In this document: positions 36,958 through 50,930 of the stretch, piece after piece
How the letters are laid out: every line of letters begins with the position of its first letter
How positions within the stretch are numbered: position 1 is the stretch's first letter
DNA from: Eledone cirrhosa
Taxonomy: Eukaryota
DNA: 64,000 nucleotides
Assembly (NCBI GenBank): GCA_964016885.1
Contig: OZ024741.1
Coordinates: 230,268,001-230,332,000, forward strand
Reading direction: 5' to 3'
Notes under the pieces: generated by a model
What the model was told of the DNA's origin: nothing
Databases searched by the model: none
What the model saw: the letters and a program-made list of their open reading frames with translations, nothing else
Translations under genes and position numbers: made by a program

Positions 36958-37343
36958 TACGATATTAAACAAATGGAAACTATATTTATAAAACCATATT
37001 TATTTCGTTATATATATTTCTGGGATATCATATTAAAAATATGGTATGCCTTCCTCAGACAAAATACAATACATAAGCTGTTTTATAAATAATTATTGAC
37101 ATACCTTATAATATGCAACTTCCATTTAAAAAGTTCCATTTAAAAAGTTGATTTGGTACCAAATCAACTTTTTAAATGGAAGTTGCATATTATAAGGTAT
37201 GTCAATAATTATTTATAAAACAGCTTATGTATTGTATTTTGTCTGAGGAAGGCATACCATATTTTTAATATGATATCCCAGAAATACATATAACGAAATA
37301 AATATGGTTTTATAAATATAGTTTCCAGTTGTTTAATATCGTA
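36958..37343. repeat. About 386-bp spacerless palindrome centred on GGTACC (37155-37160)
   Basis: Arms are reverse complements with about 2 mismatches and a 14-bp duplication in the left arm. Confidence 0.93.
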
Positions 37344-37371
37344 TTTATATATATATATTTATATATATATA

Positions 37372-37433
<62 letters not shown>

Positions 37434-37469
37434 ATATATATATATATATAATATATATATATTTATATA

Positions 37470-37512
<43 letters not shown>

Positions 37513-37515
<3 letters not shown>

Positions 37516-37642
37516 GTAGAACACTGGAAGGTAATATCCGTAGTGGTAGAGTACTTAGACCATGGGACGAGTCAGGTAGAAATGGTTACACAACAGTTAC
37601 TTCACCATACTGAGAACAATTGTTTCACCTTAGCGGATCCTC
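37513..37642 (-). mobile_element. Second copy of the short Penelope-like 3' end, inside (TA)n
   Basis: Reverse complement of 30417-30545. Confidence 0.7.
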
Positions 37643-37789
37643 AATATGTATATATATATATACATATATATATACATATATATATATATATCGTCAGTCG
37701 ATCGACTTTCGTCAAATCGGACCGAGGAAACAATGTTTCCAGTGGTCTTTCCAATTGCTAATACTATATATCAGTCGCAACTTTATTTA

Positions 37790-37910
37790 CAAGGAGCAAC
37801 GTCAAATAAAGTGCCTTGCACAAGGACATAACGCATCACATGGTCCGGAAATCGAACTCACAATCTCACGATTGCGAATTCAATTCTCTAACCACTCAGC
37901 CAGGCACGCC

Positions 37911-37915
<5 letters not shown>
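37790..37915 (-). mobile_element. tRNA-derived SINE (CORE-like), partial
   Basis: Matches 30860-30985. Confidence 0.75.
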
Positions 37916-37979
<64 letters not shown>

Positions 37980-38019
37980 GTGATGGCTGCAAACTCTGCT
38001 AAGAGTATTGCAGTCAGAT

Positions 38020-39330
<1,311 letters not shown>

Positions 39331-40246
39331 AACTACATATACACATGTACAGATACAAGGCATATGCACATGCACACATACAACTCAAAACATCAACATC
39401 CACACCTACAATAACATCCATAACTGCACACACATGCATGCATGCAGACATAGCTACCTAGTTGATGTTGTGTAAATTCCAATGAGAGAGTCTTGTGTCT
39501 ATGTTAGAAACTGATTCTCTCTCTCTCTATTGGCAAACATTTTTGAAATTATAAAACTAGAAGATCATACATACATGATGATGATGACTGCCCCCTCCTT
39601 ATCGCGTATGGCCATTGCACGATATACCATTATTAATAATTATTCATTAATTCTATCCTGCAATACCTGTGCGTGAAGATATTTTTTAAAGTGAGGAAAG
39701 ACTGTGCACTGAGTCAATCCCACTCTCTGAGCGACAATAACTATAACCCGAAACGAAGAAAAGATCAACATTATCGGTAACTACTGAGCCGTAGGTTTTA
39801 TGTCGGAGTTATCCCAGTTTCCTGACAAAGGCTAGGGTTCCTTCACTCCCACAGATCAGGTGTCCAGCCCGACTATTTCTATATCCCCGCGCATATACAC
39901 ACGCATGCATCCATGTATATACACACATACATATACATACATATGTACATGTGTATAAACATATTTACACACTTTTGGATGGCCGTTGACTCTTATGAGT
40001 TCTTCCGCCCTTTGTCAGGTTTTGTTTTTTGTCCTGCAGGGTGTCCAAAATCACCCTCCTCACCAAGTAAACTTGGTGGGGTTGCCTGATTAGTCGCCGA
40101 TGACCCAACTATGCGACAGGTTGTACTGGCTTATATGTTACCAGTGGCACTCAAGAGTGACCCGACTGACATACAAACATACCTACATACCTACATACAT
40201 ACATATATGCATGCATGAGTTTGGATGGGACCAACCATGTAAACTC

Positions 40247-40324
40247 TCATATTTGAAGAAGGGTTGACTAAGAGTGGGGATCCGATCGCTGATGAATATA
40301 GAAACAATTGTAATATGAAATAAA
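40247..40324 (+). ncRNA. Decayed hammerhead relic followed by AATAAA
   Basis: UCAUAU-(U)UGAAGA...GAAA-CAAUUG-UA-AUAUGA; stem I is perfect but C3 is mutated and stem II is poor. Confidence 0.45.
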
Positions 40325-40462
40325 TTTACAAAAAAGCTAAATTTCTTATTGTCATTATATATGTATGTATATATATAAATATATAAAATCTGAAATGTCC
40401 ATCTACTTAGGTAAATATATATACACACAACTCACGAGGTCTATTTTTATATTATATTTCAG

Positions 40463-40896
40463 GTAAATTTCTGTACTTCCTGGAAAACCTTACCACCGGT
40501 ACAACCGTCTTAACTATAATAGCCATCAGCTTGGAGCGATATTTTGCAATTTGCCATCCTTTATTAAACTACAGTATGTTTAGCGGCTCCCGGGTCACCA
40601 AAGTCATCTTGGCCATATGGCTACTTGCCGCCGTAGGGTGTTTTCCATTTCTGCTGTTTTCAGAGCTTATAGAATCATCATTCCACGATGGCAGTCATGG
40701 TTATATCTGTGTCAGTTCCTTTGAGTTGATATGGCAGCATGTCTATTTATGGGTGATGCTTTTGTTGTTCTTTATTCTTCCACTGATTTTGCTGATTTTA
40801 CTTTACCTTCGCATCATCTGCACCTTGCTCAGTCAGAATCTTCAAGGAGCAGCCGACACTCGTAAGAACTGTGCTTCGTTCAAGTCACGTAAGCAG
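40463..40896 (+). CDS. GPCR coding exon 2 (TM3-TM5, ICL3)
   Basis: Acceptor TTTCAG; CKFLYFLE..ISLERYFAICHPL, FFILP; donor CAG|GTATTG; phases match the neighbouring exons. Confidence 0.93.
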
Positions 40897-41459
40897 GTAT
40901 ATTGGTCTGAGACCGAGGTTTTAATTAACTTTTCCTTGTTCACATACTCTGTATTTTACACTTAAAGGCTATAGCTTTTTTTCTTTTTTGTTGTCATTGG
41001 TGAAATCATTAATTGAAAATATTTTACTAACGAAAACAATTCGTCAGTTAATATAAAAAGTTCCATTGTTTAAATAAACCAGTAAATATAAAATAGCTTC
41101 CGATTTAGTGAACAGGGGTATGGGTATGGGCTATCTCACAAACTGCTTCGGGAATGGAAATTTAAAAATGGAAAAATCAAGCAAACTTAATATGTATTTT
41201 GTTTTGATAATATTAAATTTGATTTCACGATGCAAATGTTGACATGAAGGAGACGGCCGCAGTGATTTGAACGATCTTAAATCAAGAAATATATTATCGT
41301 GATCAATCTAGTTGGACCCGTAACTCCCGATAGAGTCGTATGGGCGTTTCTCGGGCAGTTGAAGCCTGGCAGAGCCCATCCCTCTCCAGGACTGAATACA
41401 GCAGATTTCTTCCAGAGAAAGGTAGAAATAAGAAAGAGATATAGAGGAAAAATCGACGC

Positions 41460-41610
41460 GAGAACTAGACCGGTACATTTTTTATCGACCTCGAAATAAT
41501 GAAAGGCAAAGTTGACCTCGGCGGGATTTGTTTGAACTCAGAGAGCAGAGAGCCGGACCGAATACCACTCTATCCGACATTCTAACGACACTGCCAATTC
41601 GTCGCCTAGT
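41460..41610 (-). mobile_element. SINE (major family), partial
   Basis: Core and head on the minus strand. Confidence 0.75.
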
Positions 41611-42184
41611 TTGAATATTACGTACACCAAATCTAAAGCCATTTAGATATAATTAAATTTTAATTTTGTTAAAATAATGTTTAGAGGAATCTCCAAATAA
41701 AATAGTGCTATTGTTTTTACCAATAAATAGCAATTGTTGTTTTGCAGTAGTAAAGTCACAACAAACTGGTATAGTGCATTTATTTTACTTTCTACTCACA
41801 ATAATTCATTAGCAACGATTAAGATCCGGTAGAAAAATAAATTTGAGACTTTAAATTGATGGAGGTATTTTTTTCTTAGTTTGTTAAATTGCATACTAAT
41901 TCGATTGGTAAAGGTAACAATACCTTCACTTCATAAATGTCAAATTAAACAGAAATAAGTACAGATATATGTGCAGGTTGTGTAGTAAACTTATTCAGGA
42001 AGAAAGGTCAAAGGAAATTTATAATATTATTCATGGACTGAGGAGAAGAAAACATTAGTCTAATGACTAATATAATTTGAACCTGGTGTTGGTATGTGGG
42101 GATAGCAACAACAAACACGTTTGATCTCCCCAGCGAAGCCTAACTTTTCCCAAACTTGTTAGATTATAGTTAAGAGAATCACTA

Positions 42185-42187
<3 letters not shown>

Positions 42188-42216
<29 letters not shown>

Positions 42217-43900
42217 CTTCTTGCGAGGATCGTGGGGGCAGAACCCTCAAACACTTATTCCAGCAGGTTCTGTCAGAAGCAATCGTCTCCAATTAATCCG
42301 GCTGGATTCCCAAGAGAGAACAGCCGATCTCATGGATGTTATCCAACCATTTCCCTTGGGGTCTACCCCCTTGGTCTCCTGTCGGTCGGTTTTGTACGTA
42401 AAATCTATCCAGCGATTATTTCCTGAGACATTCTAACCACATGCTCGTAATATCGGAGCTGTGATCTCTCAATTCACAAAAGTAGCTGCTCTACCTGGAG
42501 GGACTCACTGATCTCCGAGCTATGCACTCTATCGAGTAACAAAGAACCTTCGGAGGAAAGCATTCCAGTCGCTTGTACTTGCGGTCGTATTCTTTTATTC
42601 ATTACCCAAGATTCATGTCCATAGATAAGGGTTGGCACAAATACCGAATTGAAGAGAGCGCAGATCGACCTGGACCTGCCAGTTTTGTGGGCTTCTTTGG
42701 CTTTAGGAAGTCTCATTGCTGATAACTCGATGGTGATCAGTTGACTGCTCCCCACCTCTCTTAAAACGAACATCTAGCACAGAAGAGATCAGAGACAATA
42801 ACAAAATCAATTATTGATCTCTGTCCATGATTTCCCTTACACCATCTATATTTATGTATGTCTCTGTGCCCGACGGTGTTCAAAATAAAGAGTCCATTGC
42901 TAGAACACAACACTGATAACGTTTCTCCTTTCGCAAATAGATCGTGATCGTTGTTTCTTCCAATCATTCATTTCTATATTATGTGGTCAGTTCCAACATC
43001 TTCATCGATGTCGCCCATTAGGTTATATGACACTTAACTACAGCTAACTCTGCATGACGTCATCAAGGAAGGATCGGTATTCGGACAGGTAGTTTGGTGC
43101 ATAAACTTGCACCATCCATAGAGTCGTATCTTTCAGCAATAGCTTCAAGAAGCAAATTCTCTCTCCTAATGATCTCCAGTCGATTCCATATTCTGAGAGC
43201 TGGGGGATTGTGTGTATATCCATTCCTGCCTGTGCAGTAATTTCTGGTGCCACACTAGAAATGTATAATTTCTTGCCTCCATCCAAATCTACTGTATCAA
43301 AGCCACATAACTTTGTTTAGGAAACCCCAACTATATCTAACCGGTAGCATTTAGCTTCTTCCACTAGTTCCTGCTTTATATCTCTAAAGGTTGTGATGTC
43401 CTAGATCCCAATTCTTAAGTTGTCTCCCTTCCCAACCTTCTTTGGGGTCTCGGGATACGCAATCTTTGAACGTCCATCCCATGCCTCCCAGGATAGGTGA
43501 CACGCCCATAAGCAGTTTTTAAACCATGAAATGGAGACTGCAATATGTCTTTCGAGCAGGCCTGAAAGCGTCTCTTGTTAACCCGCGCGAAGGACGATAT
43601 GGCATGATTATTTTTGTTAGCACTCGCCATATAACAATTTTGGTGGTCCTATTCGCGCCAGTCACCAATTCTGTACTTTCTCAGACCTGCGAATACTAAG
43701 TTTATATAGCTTTAGCCCAAACTCACCTCGTTATAGCTAAATCATTGGGTTGCGAGAGTTTTTCTGGGAGTTAATTGTGTCTCCCATTGCTCCATCTCCT
43801 CTAGTAATTTACCCTTGTTGGTCCAGGGCTGCTTGTGCCTCCGGCAGTTGCCCACTTTTTTTGCAACTAATCATCATATCTGCTGGCCGTATCACTATCC
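42188..43900 (-). mobile_element. Internally deleted RTE-like LINE with (AAG)n tail
   Basis: MVQVYAPN, SIIDFVIVS, FVPTLIYGHESW; tail seen as (TTC)n at 42188-42222. Confidence 0.75.
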
Positions 43901-44019
43901 ACTACATTCGACCTGTTCTCTAATAGAACAACTCTGCTGAAAAGAATCATAATATTGATGTACAAAAATATACACCTCAAGCGTCAAGAATTACGGTACT
44001 GATTTCATTTCTGAAGAGG

Positions 44020-44136
44020 TAGCTGTTAAAGCCAAACTCACTATCATCAATTCGGTATTCGTGCCTATCCTTACCTATGGTCATGAATTCTGGGCAATGA
44101 CGGTCACAAGAAGAAGAAGAAGAAGAAGAAGAAGAA
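44020..44136 (+). mobile_element. RTE-like 3' fragment with (AGA)n tail
   Basis: AATTCGGTATTCGTGCCTATCCTTACCTATGGTCATGAA matches the reverse complement of 42610-42650. Confidence 0.6.
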
Positions 44137-44448
44137 TGTAAAAATAAAATTCAAGTAAATATTGGGTTCAGTTTAATGTCACTAAATTGCAACGTAAATT
44201 TGGATGGAATTGTACAAGAAGACTTCATCTAAGGATGTAGGATGAACGTCTCTCGAAGAGGGACCATCTCAGTGATTGTAAAGTAGAAAATGTCTTTTGG
44301 GTTACCACAAGTAGGACCACAAGTATAAATATGACTCCTCATTTTAAAACTACGCGTTGTGGTTTGATATAGATTTGTTTGATATATCTAGTGGTTTGAG
44401 ACATGTCGTAAGACCTGATGCTCTGGTCAAAGGTGGCCATGTAATAAT

Positions 44449-44630
44449 TGTTTCTACTTTAGACACAAGGCCAGCAAATACCCAGTGCATTACTGGTACT
44501 TTATTTTATCGACCCCGTAAGGATGAAAGGCAAAGTCAACCTCGGCGGGATTTGAACTCAGATCGTAAAAGGACGTAACTATGCTGGAAAGCATGGCGTC
44601 CGACCTCTACCGATACTGCCAATCCACCGC
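44449..44630 (-). mobile_element. SINE with 8-bp TSD
   Basis: TSD GTAATAAT at 44441-44448 and 44631-44638. Confidence 0.9.
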
Positions 44631-44996
44631 GTAATAATGAGGCTTGTTTGATACTGCTAGTGTTTATTAGGTGGGTCTATAGTTTTGTGTGTTGCATGCC
44701 TAAGAGAAGAGTAGTATATCTAACAATAGCAACTTTTTATAACTATTTACCGCTGAGAAAGCTAGAGCATGGGATATAAGAAAATAACCTTGTATATAAA
44801 AAGCATTATCTCCGATAGTAAAATTATGTTAACTTACACTGAGGCAATGGGCGGCAGGTGTACTGAAGAACACTGGTGTCTTAATTTCGATGATCATTAT
44901 CTAAACTATAATAAAGTAAGGAGCGCGAGACTGCGTACGGTTTATAATGTTTTTATCCCATTTGTAAAATAAGTTGGATTACTTTGAATAAATAAT

Positions 44997-45193
44997 TGTT
45001 TCTACGTTAGGCACAAGGCCAGCAATTAATCAGTGTATTACTGGTACTTTATTTTATCGACCCCATAAGGATGAAAGGCAAAGTTAACCTCGGCGGGATT
45101 TGAACTCAGAATGGCAAGGGCCGTAACTCTATGCGCCAAAGCATGGCATCCGACACTCTACCAATACTGCCAATCCACCGCCAGTGCCAATCC
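44997..45193 (-). mobile_element. SINE with 16-bp TSD
   Basis: TSD ACTTTGAATAAATAAT at 44981-44996 and 45194-45209. Confidence 0.9.
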
Positions 45194-45521
45194 ACTTTGA
45201 ATAAATAATGAATGAATATTACATAATTTATCTACTAAATTTCGTGACTGTTCATTAAATATATTTTATTATTTATTTAAAGATTCACATCTTTAAAATT
45301 TTCAAATGTCAATACTTCCGGTTAGCGATCGTTTAAATAAACATACTAATTTTCTGTCACTAATTTTCTCCTAATACAGTTTATATATAATATCGTCTTT
45401 TTTAATGTATCATAGTTTACGTTACGATTTTATATGATGTATCATATCTACATGTATATATACCTGCGTATCATATCATTATACACACTACACATGCTAG
45501 CAGAAAACCACCCGAAGGGTA

Positions 45522-45638
45522 GTAATGATAATGATGATAGTGATGGCGATGATAAAGATGACGACGATGGTGATGACGATGATGATAATGATGACGACGA
45601 CGACGATAAAGACAATGACAATGACGACAACAACGATG
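45522..45638. repeat. (GAT/GAC)n trinucleotide tract near the 3' end of the last GPCR intron
   Basis: Directly visible. Confidence 0.85.
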
Positions 45639-45679
45639 TCAATATTTTAAGGTTTATAATGTTTTGAATTCTTTTGCAG

Positions 45680-46240
45680 GTCGTCTACATTCTGGCTACT
45701 GTGGTTACCATGTTCTTTGTCTGTCTGGTACCGCTGAGAATCCTGATTCTGTGGAAGATCTATGCTCCTGATACAGAGCAGGAATCTCTGCCTTTTGTGT
45801 CCTACCTTAACATATTGCATACCGTAAGAATGCTGGCCTTCTTCAACAGTGCCTGTAACCCCATCATTTACAACTTGATTTCCACGAAATTTCGAGCGGC
45901 CTCCATGTCAGTATTCCGCAGATGTCGAGCCAAAGACCAATATATAAGTTCCAATTCAAACCGTTTAGGACGGATCGGAAAAAAGGGAATATGTCGTACA
46001 AATCAGGACAAGACTTGTAGTGGTGATGTTATGGGTGGGCATCGTAATACTGGAGGTGAAATTGCTCGGGATGTTGGTGGTGTTGGTGGAGTTTGTGTTG
46101 GTCAGGGCAGTGGTAGTGTCACCACTAGTCTCACATCTAGTACAGTAGCTTACCAAGCTGGCTGTCGTTATCATTATACTGAGGACAGTAATTCGTTTTA
46201 TGACACGGAACGTTCGAAGATGTCATCAACCATATTGTGA
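45680..46240 (+). CDS. GPCR coding exon 3 (TM6-TM7, C-terminal tail); spliced product about 459 aa
   Basis: Acceptor TTTTGCAG; FFVCLVPLR, NSACNPIIYNLISTKFR (NPxxY); TGA at 46238-46240. Confidence 0.93.
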   Translation, partial: VVYILATVVTMFFVCLVPLRILILWKIYAPDTEQESLPFVSYLNILHTVRMLAFFNSACNPIIYNLISTKFRAASMSVFRRCRAKDQYISSNSNRLGRIGKKGICRTNQDKTCSGDVMGGHRNTGGEIARDVGGVGGVCVGQGSGSVTTSLTSSTVAYQAGCRYHYTEDSNSFYDTERSKMSSTIL

Positions 46241-46285
46241 GATGTTGTGAAATATTACTTAACCGTTTATTTCTTGATGTGCTTG

Positions 46286-46362
<77 letters not shown>

Positions 46363-46444
46363 AACACAGGAAAGAGGTATCTGTGTAGTTGTATGTGTAT
46401 GTGTGTCTAAATATGTATAAATATATATATATTTGCGTGTGTTC

Positions 46445-46504
<60 letters not shown>

Positions 46505-47007
46505 TTGTGTGTGTGTGTGTGTGAGTGTGTGTGTGTGTGTGTGAGTGTAAGTGTGTGTGTGTGTGTGTGTGTGTTTATATATATATATATGTATATAATA
46601 AAGTATATAGATGGAAAAATTAGCTTTTAAATCATATTTTATTCCTAACACATGTTTCAAGTCTGTTATACATCCAATTATTAAAAAATGTAATCTCATC
46701 GGTGGAATAAACAAATATCAAATAGAAACAGAATGTTTCCAAAATACAATTCGTACCTTAGGCAGGAGGAGAGTTCTTAGAAGACGATCCATTAATATGG
46801 CGCAAAGTATGAAAACTAACATTCTTTTCTATGGTCGCTCTCACAACAATATTTTTATATATATAGTAATGACCAATATAGTAAAGACCAATATCCAGAG
46901 AGGACTCGATAAGTGTTGTATATATATAAATGCTTCCAAACCCGTAGAGCAAATATTTAATATTAGTACAGAATAAAGGTCTAAGCAAATAATTCCTGCT
47001 TACACCT

Positions 47008-47616
<609 letters not shown>

Positions 47617-47910
47617 GTAGCATTCCCCCTTCGGACGTGAATGATCATCGTCCTGCACTTACAAAGTTCCCTTCCGAGGCACAAACCTGGGCAAGGTATA
47701 TTTTGGGGAGTGACACATGTTAGTCTCCCTTCTCCACACCAAACATGTTTTCCAAAGAAAAGACAATGGCCTCTACATGCTGACACCAGTGACGTGGCAA
47801 CTCATTTCTATAGCTGGAGAAAGTGGAAGAATACAAAGCACCGCCCGATTCGAGTTTGAAACACAACTTTATGATTGTGAGCTCAACGCTCTAAAATTAA
47901 ACCACGCCCT

Positions 47911-47968
<58 letters not shown>

Positions 47969-48192
47969 AGTATGTGTGTATACGTACATACATATATGTA
48001 TACAGACGTACAGTAGCATGCATATATATATATATACATACAGGTACACATACATATATGCACGTATCAGTTTAGCGGACGCTTATTATAACGCCGCTTT
48101 GTTCGTTTGTAAACAAACTGAACAGCCTGAATTTTTATGCCGTACGGTGTTAAGGCAACTACGTCACCTTTTTGTTCAACACTGACACAGGA

Positions 48193-48235
48193 ACGATGTA
48201 CTAGTTTCAAGCTTGTTAGCTATCATCAGCACCGT
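48193..48235 (-). ncRNA. Minimal type I hammerhead, unit 1
   Basis: ACGGUG-CUGAUGA-UAGCUAACAAGCUU-GAAA-CUAG-UA/CAUCGU. Confidence 0.85.
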
Positions 48236-48471
48236 ATACCCATCTGCCAGATAGTTGAACGTTCGAAAGTATATACTTTCCTTATGAAAATTAACGGCTG
48301 AGCAGCCTAATTTGCATATCGAGTGAGCTAAGTCGGTCAGGCATACGGAAAACGATAAGTTGAAATAAAATGAAAACGAAATTTCATTTCTCACTCTTAG
48401 TACGGCACTTACTTAAATGTAAGTATGTGTGTATACGTACATACATATATGTATACAGACGTACAGTAGCA

Positions 48472-48535
<64 letters not shown>

Positions 48536-48687
48536 CAGGTACACATACATATATGCACGTATCAGTTTAGCGGACGCTTATTATAACGCCGCCTTGTTCG
48601 TTTGTAAACAAACTGAACAGCCTGAATTTTTATGCCGTACGGTGTTAAGGCAACCACGTCACCTTTTTGTTCAACACTGACACAGGA

Positions 48688-48730
48688 ACGATGTACTAGT
48701 TTCAAGCTGGTTAGCTATCATCAGCACCGT
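48688..48730 (-). ncRNA. Minimal type I hammerhead, unit 2
   Basis: As unit 1, with one change in loop II (AACC). Confidence 0.85.
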
Positions 48731-48966
48731 ATACCCATCTGCCAGATAGTTGAACGTTCGAAAGTATATACTTTCCTTATGAAAATTAACGGCTGAGCAG
48801 CCTAATTTGCATATCGAGTGAGCTAAGTCGGTCAGGCATACCGAAAACGATAAGTTGAAATAAAATGAAAACGAAATTTCATTTCTCACTCTTAGTACGG
48901 CACTTACTTAAATGTAAGTATGTGTGTATACGTACATACATATATGTATACAGACGTACAGTAGCA

Positions 48967-49024
<58 letters not shown>

Positions 49025-49176
49025 CAGGTACACATACATATATGCACGTATCAGTTTAGCGGACGCTTATTATAACGCCGCTTTGTTCGTTTGTAAACAA
49101 ACTGAACAGCCTGAATTTTTATGCCGTACGGTGTTAAGGCAACCACGTCACCTTTTTGTTCAACACTGACACAGGA

Positions 49177-49219
49177 ACAATGTACTAGTTTCAAGCTTGT
49201 TAGCTATCATCAGCACCGT
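49177..49219 (-). ncRNA. Minimal type I hammerhead, unit 3
   Basis: As unit 1, with one stem I pair changed from G-C to G-U. Confidence 0.85.
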
Positions 49220-49455
49220 ATACCCATCTGCCAGATAGTTGAACGTTCGAAAGTATATACTTTCCTTATGAAAATTAACGGCTGAGCAGCCTAATTTGCA
49301 TATCGAGTGAGCTAAGTCGGTCAGGCATACCGAAAACGATAAGTTGAAATAAAATGAAAACGAAATTTCATTTCTCACTCTTAGTACGGCACTTACTTAA
49401 ATGTAAGTATGTGTGTATACGTACATATATATATGTATACAGACGTACAGTAGCA

Positions 49456-49515
<60 letters not shown>

Positions 49516-49674
49516 CAGGTACACATACATATATACACGTATCAGTTTAGCGGACGCTTATTATAACGCCGCTTTGTTTGTTTGTAAACAAACTGAACAG
49601 CCTGAATTTTTATGCCGTACGGTGTTAAGGCAACCACATCACCCTTTTTTTTTCTGTTCTACACTGACACAGGA

Positions 49675-49717
49675 GCGATGTACTAGTTTCAAGCTTGTTA
49701 GCTATCATCAGCACCGT
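49675..49717 (-). ncRNA. Minimal type I hammerhead, unit 4
   Basis: As unit 1, with the distal stem I pair lost. Confidence 0.85.
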
Positions 49718-49953
49718 ATACCCATCTGCCAGATAGTTGAACGTACGAAAGTATATACTTTCCTTATGAAAATTAACGGCTGAGCAGCCTAATTTGCATA
49801 TCGAGTGAGCTAAGTCGGTCAGGCATACAGAAAACGATAAGTTGAAATAAAATGAAAACGAAATTTCATTTCTCACTCTTAGTATGGCACTTACTTAAAT
49901 GTAAGTATGTGTGTATACGTACATACATATATGTATACAGACGTACAGTAGCA

Positions 49954-50003
<50 letters not shown>

Positions 50004-50157
50004 CAGGTACACATACATATATGCACGTATCAGTTTAGCGGACGCTTATTATAACGCCGCTTTGTTCGTTTGTAAACAAACTGAACAGCCTGAATTTTTC
50101 ATGCCGTACGGTGTTAAGGCAACCACGTCACCTTTTTTGTTCAACACTGACACAGGA

Positions 50158-50200
50158 ACAATGTACTAGCTTCAAGCTTGTTAGCTATCATCAGCACCGT
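50158..50200 (-). ncRNA. Hammerhead, unit 5 (GAAA changed to GAAG, probably impaired)
   Basis: Plus strand CTAGCTTC instead of CTAGTTTC. Confidence 0.75.
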
Positions 50201-50602
50201 ATACCCATCTGCCAGATAGTTGAACGTTCGAAAGTATATACTTTCCTTATGAAAATTAACGGCTGAGCAGCCTAATTTGCATATCGAGTAAGCTAAGTCG
50301 GTCAGGCATACCGAAACCGATAAGTTGAAATAAAATGAAAACGAAATTTCATTTCTCACTCTTAATACGGCACTTACTTAAATGTAAGTATGTGTGTATA
50401 CGTACATACATATATGTATACAGACGTACAGTAGCATATATATATACATACAGGTACACATACATATATGCACGTATCAGTTTAGCGGACGCTTATTATA
50501 ACGCCGCTTTGTTCGTTTGTAAACAAACTGAACAGCCTGAATTTTTATGCCGTACGGTGTTAAGGCAACCACGTCACCTTTTTGTTCAACACTGACACAG
50601 GA

Positions 50603-50645
50603 ACGATGTACTAGTTTCAAGCTTGTTAGCTATCATCAGCACCGT
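50603..50645 (-). ncRNA. Minimal type I hammerhead, unit 6
   Basis: Identical to unit 1. Confidence 0.85.
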
Positions 50646-50898
50646 ATACCCATCTGCCAGATAGTTGAACGTTCGAAAGTATATACTTTCCTTATGAAAA
50701 TTAACGGCTGAGCAGCCTAATTTGCATATCGAGTGAGCTAAGTCGGTCAGGCATACGGAAAACGATAAGTTGAAATAAAATGAAAACGAAATTTCATTTC
50801 TCACTCTTAGTATACACACGTATACACACATACTTACATTTAAGTAAGTGCCGTACTAAGAGTGAGAAATGAAATTTCGTTTTCATCTTATTTCAACT

Positions 50899-50930
<32 letters not shown>

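Larger units (their letters stand above)
47964..50900 (-). mobile_element. Tandem array of six 445-498 bp hammerhead-bearing units (retrozyme-like) with inverted terminal fragment 50812-50900
   Basis: Near-identical units, each with a hammerhead and an internal variable (TA)n; the block is flanked by (TA)n. Confidence 0.88.

Noticed and set aside
45434-45667. Asp-rich ORF as an extra GPCR exon
   Set aside because: It is a trinucleotide tract; exons 2 and 3 already join in phase to give RKQ|VV.
47964-50900. CRISPR-like array
   Set aside because: Whole units are repeated with no unique spacers, there are no cas genes, and the context is eukaryotic.
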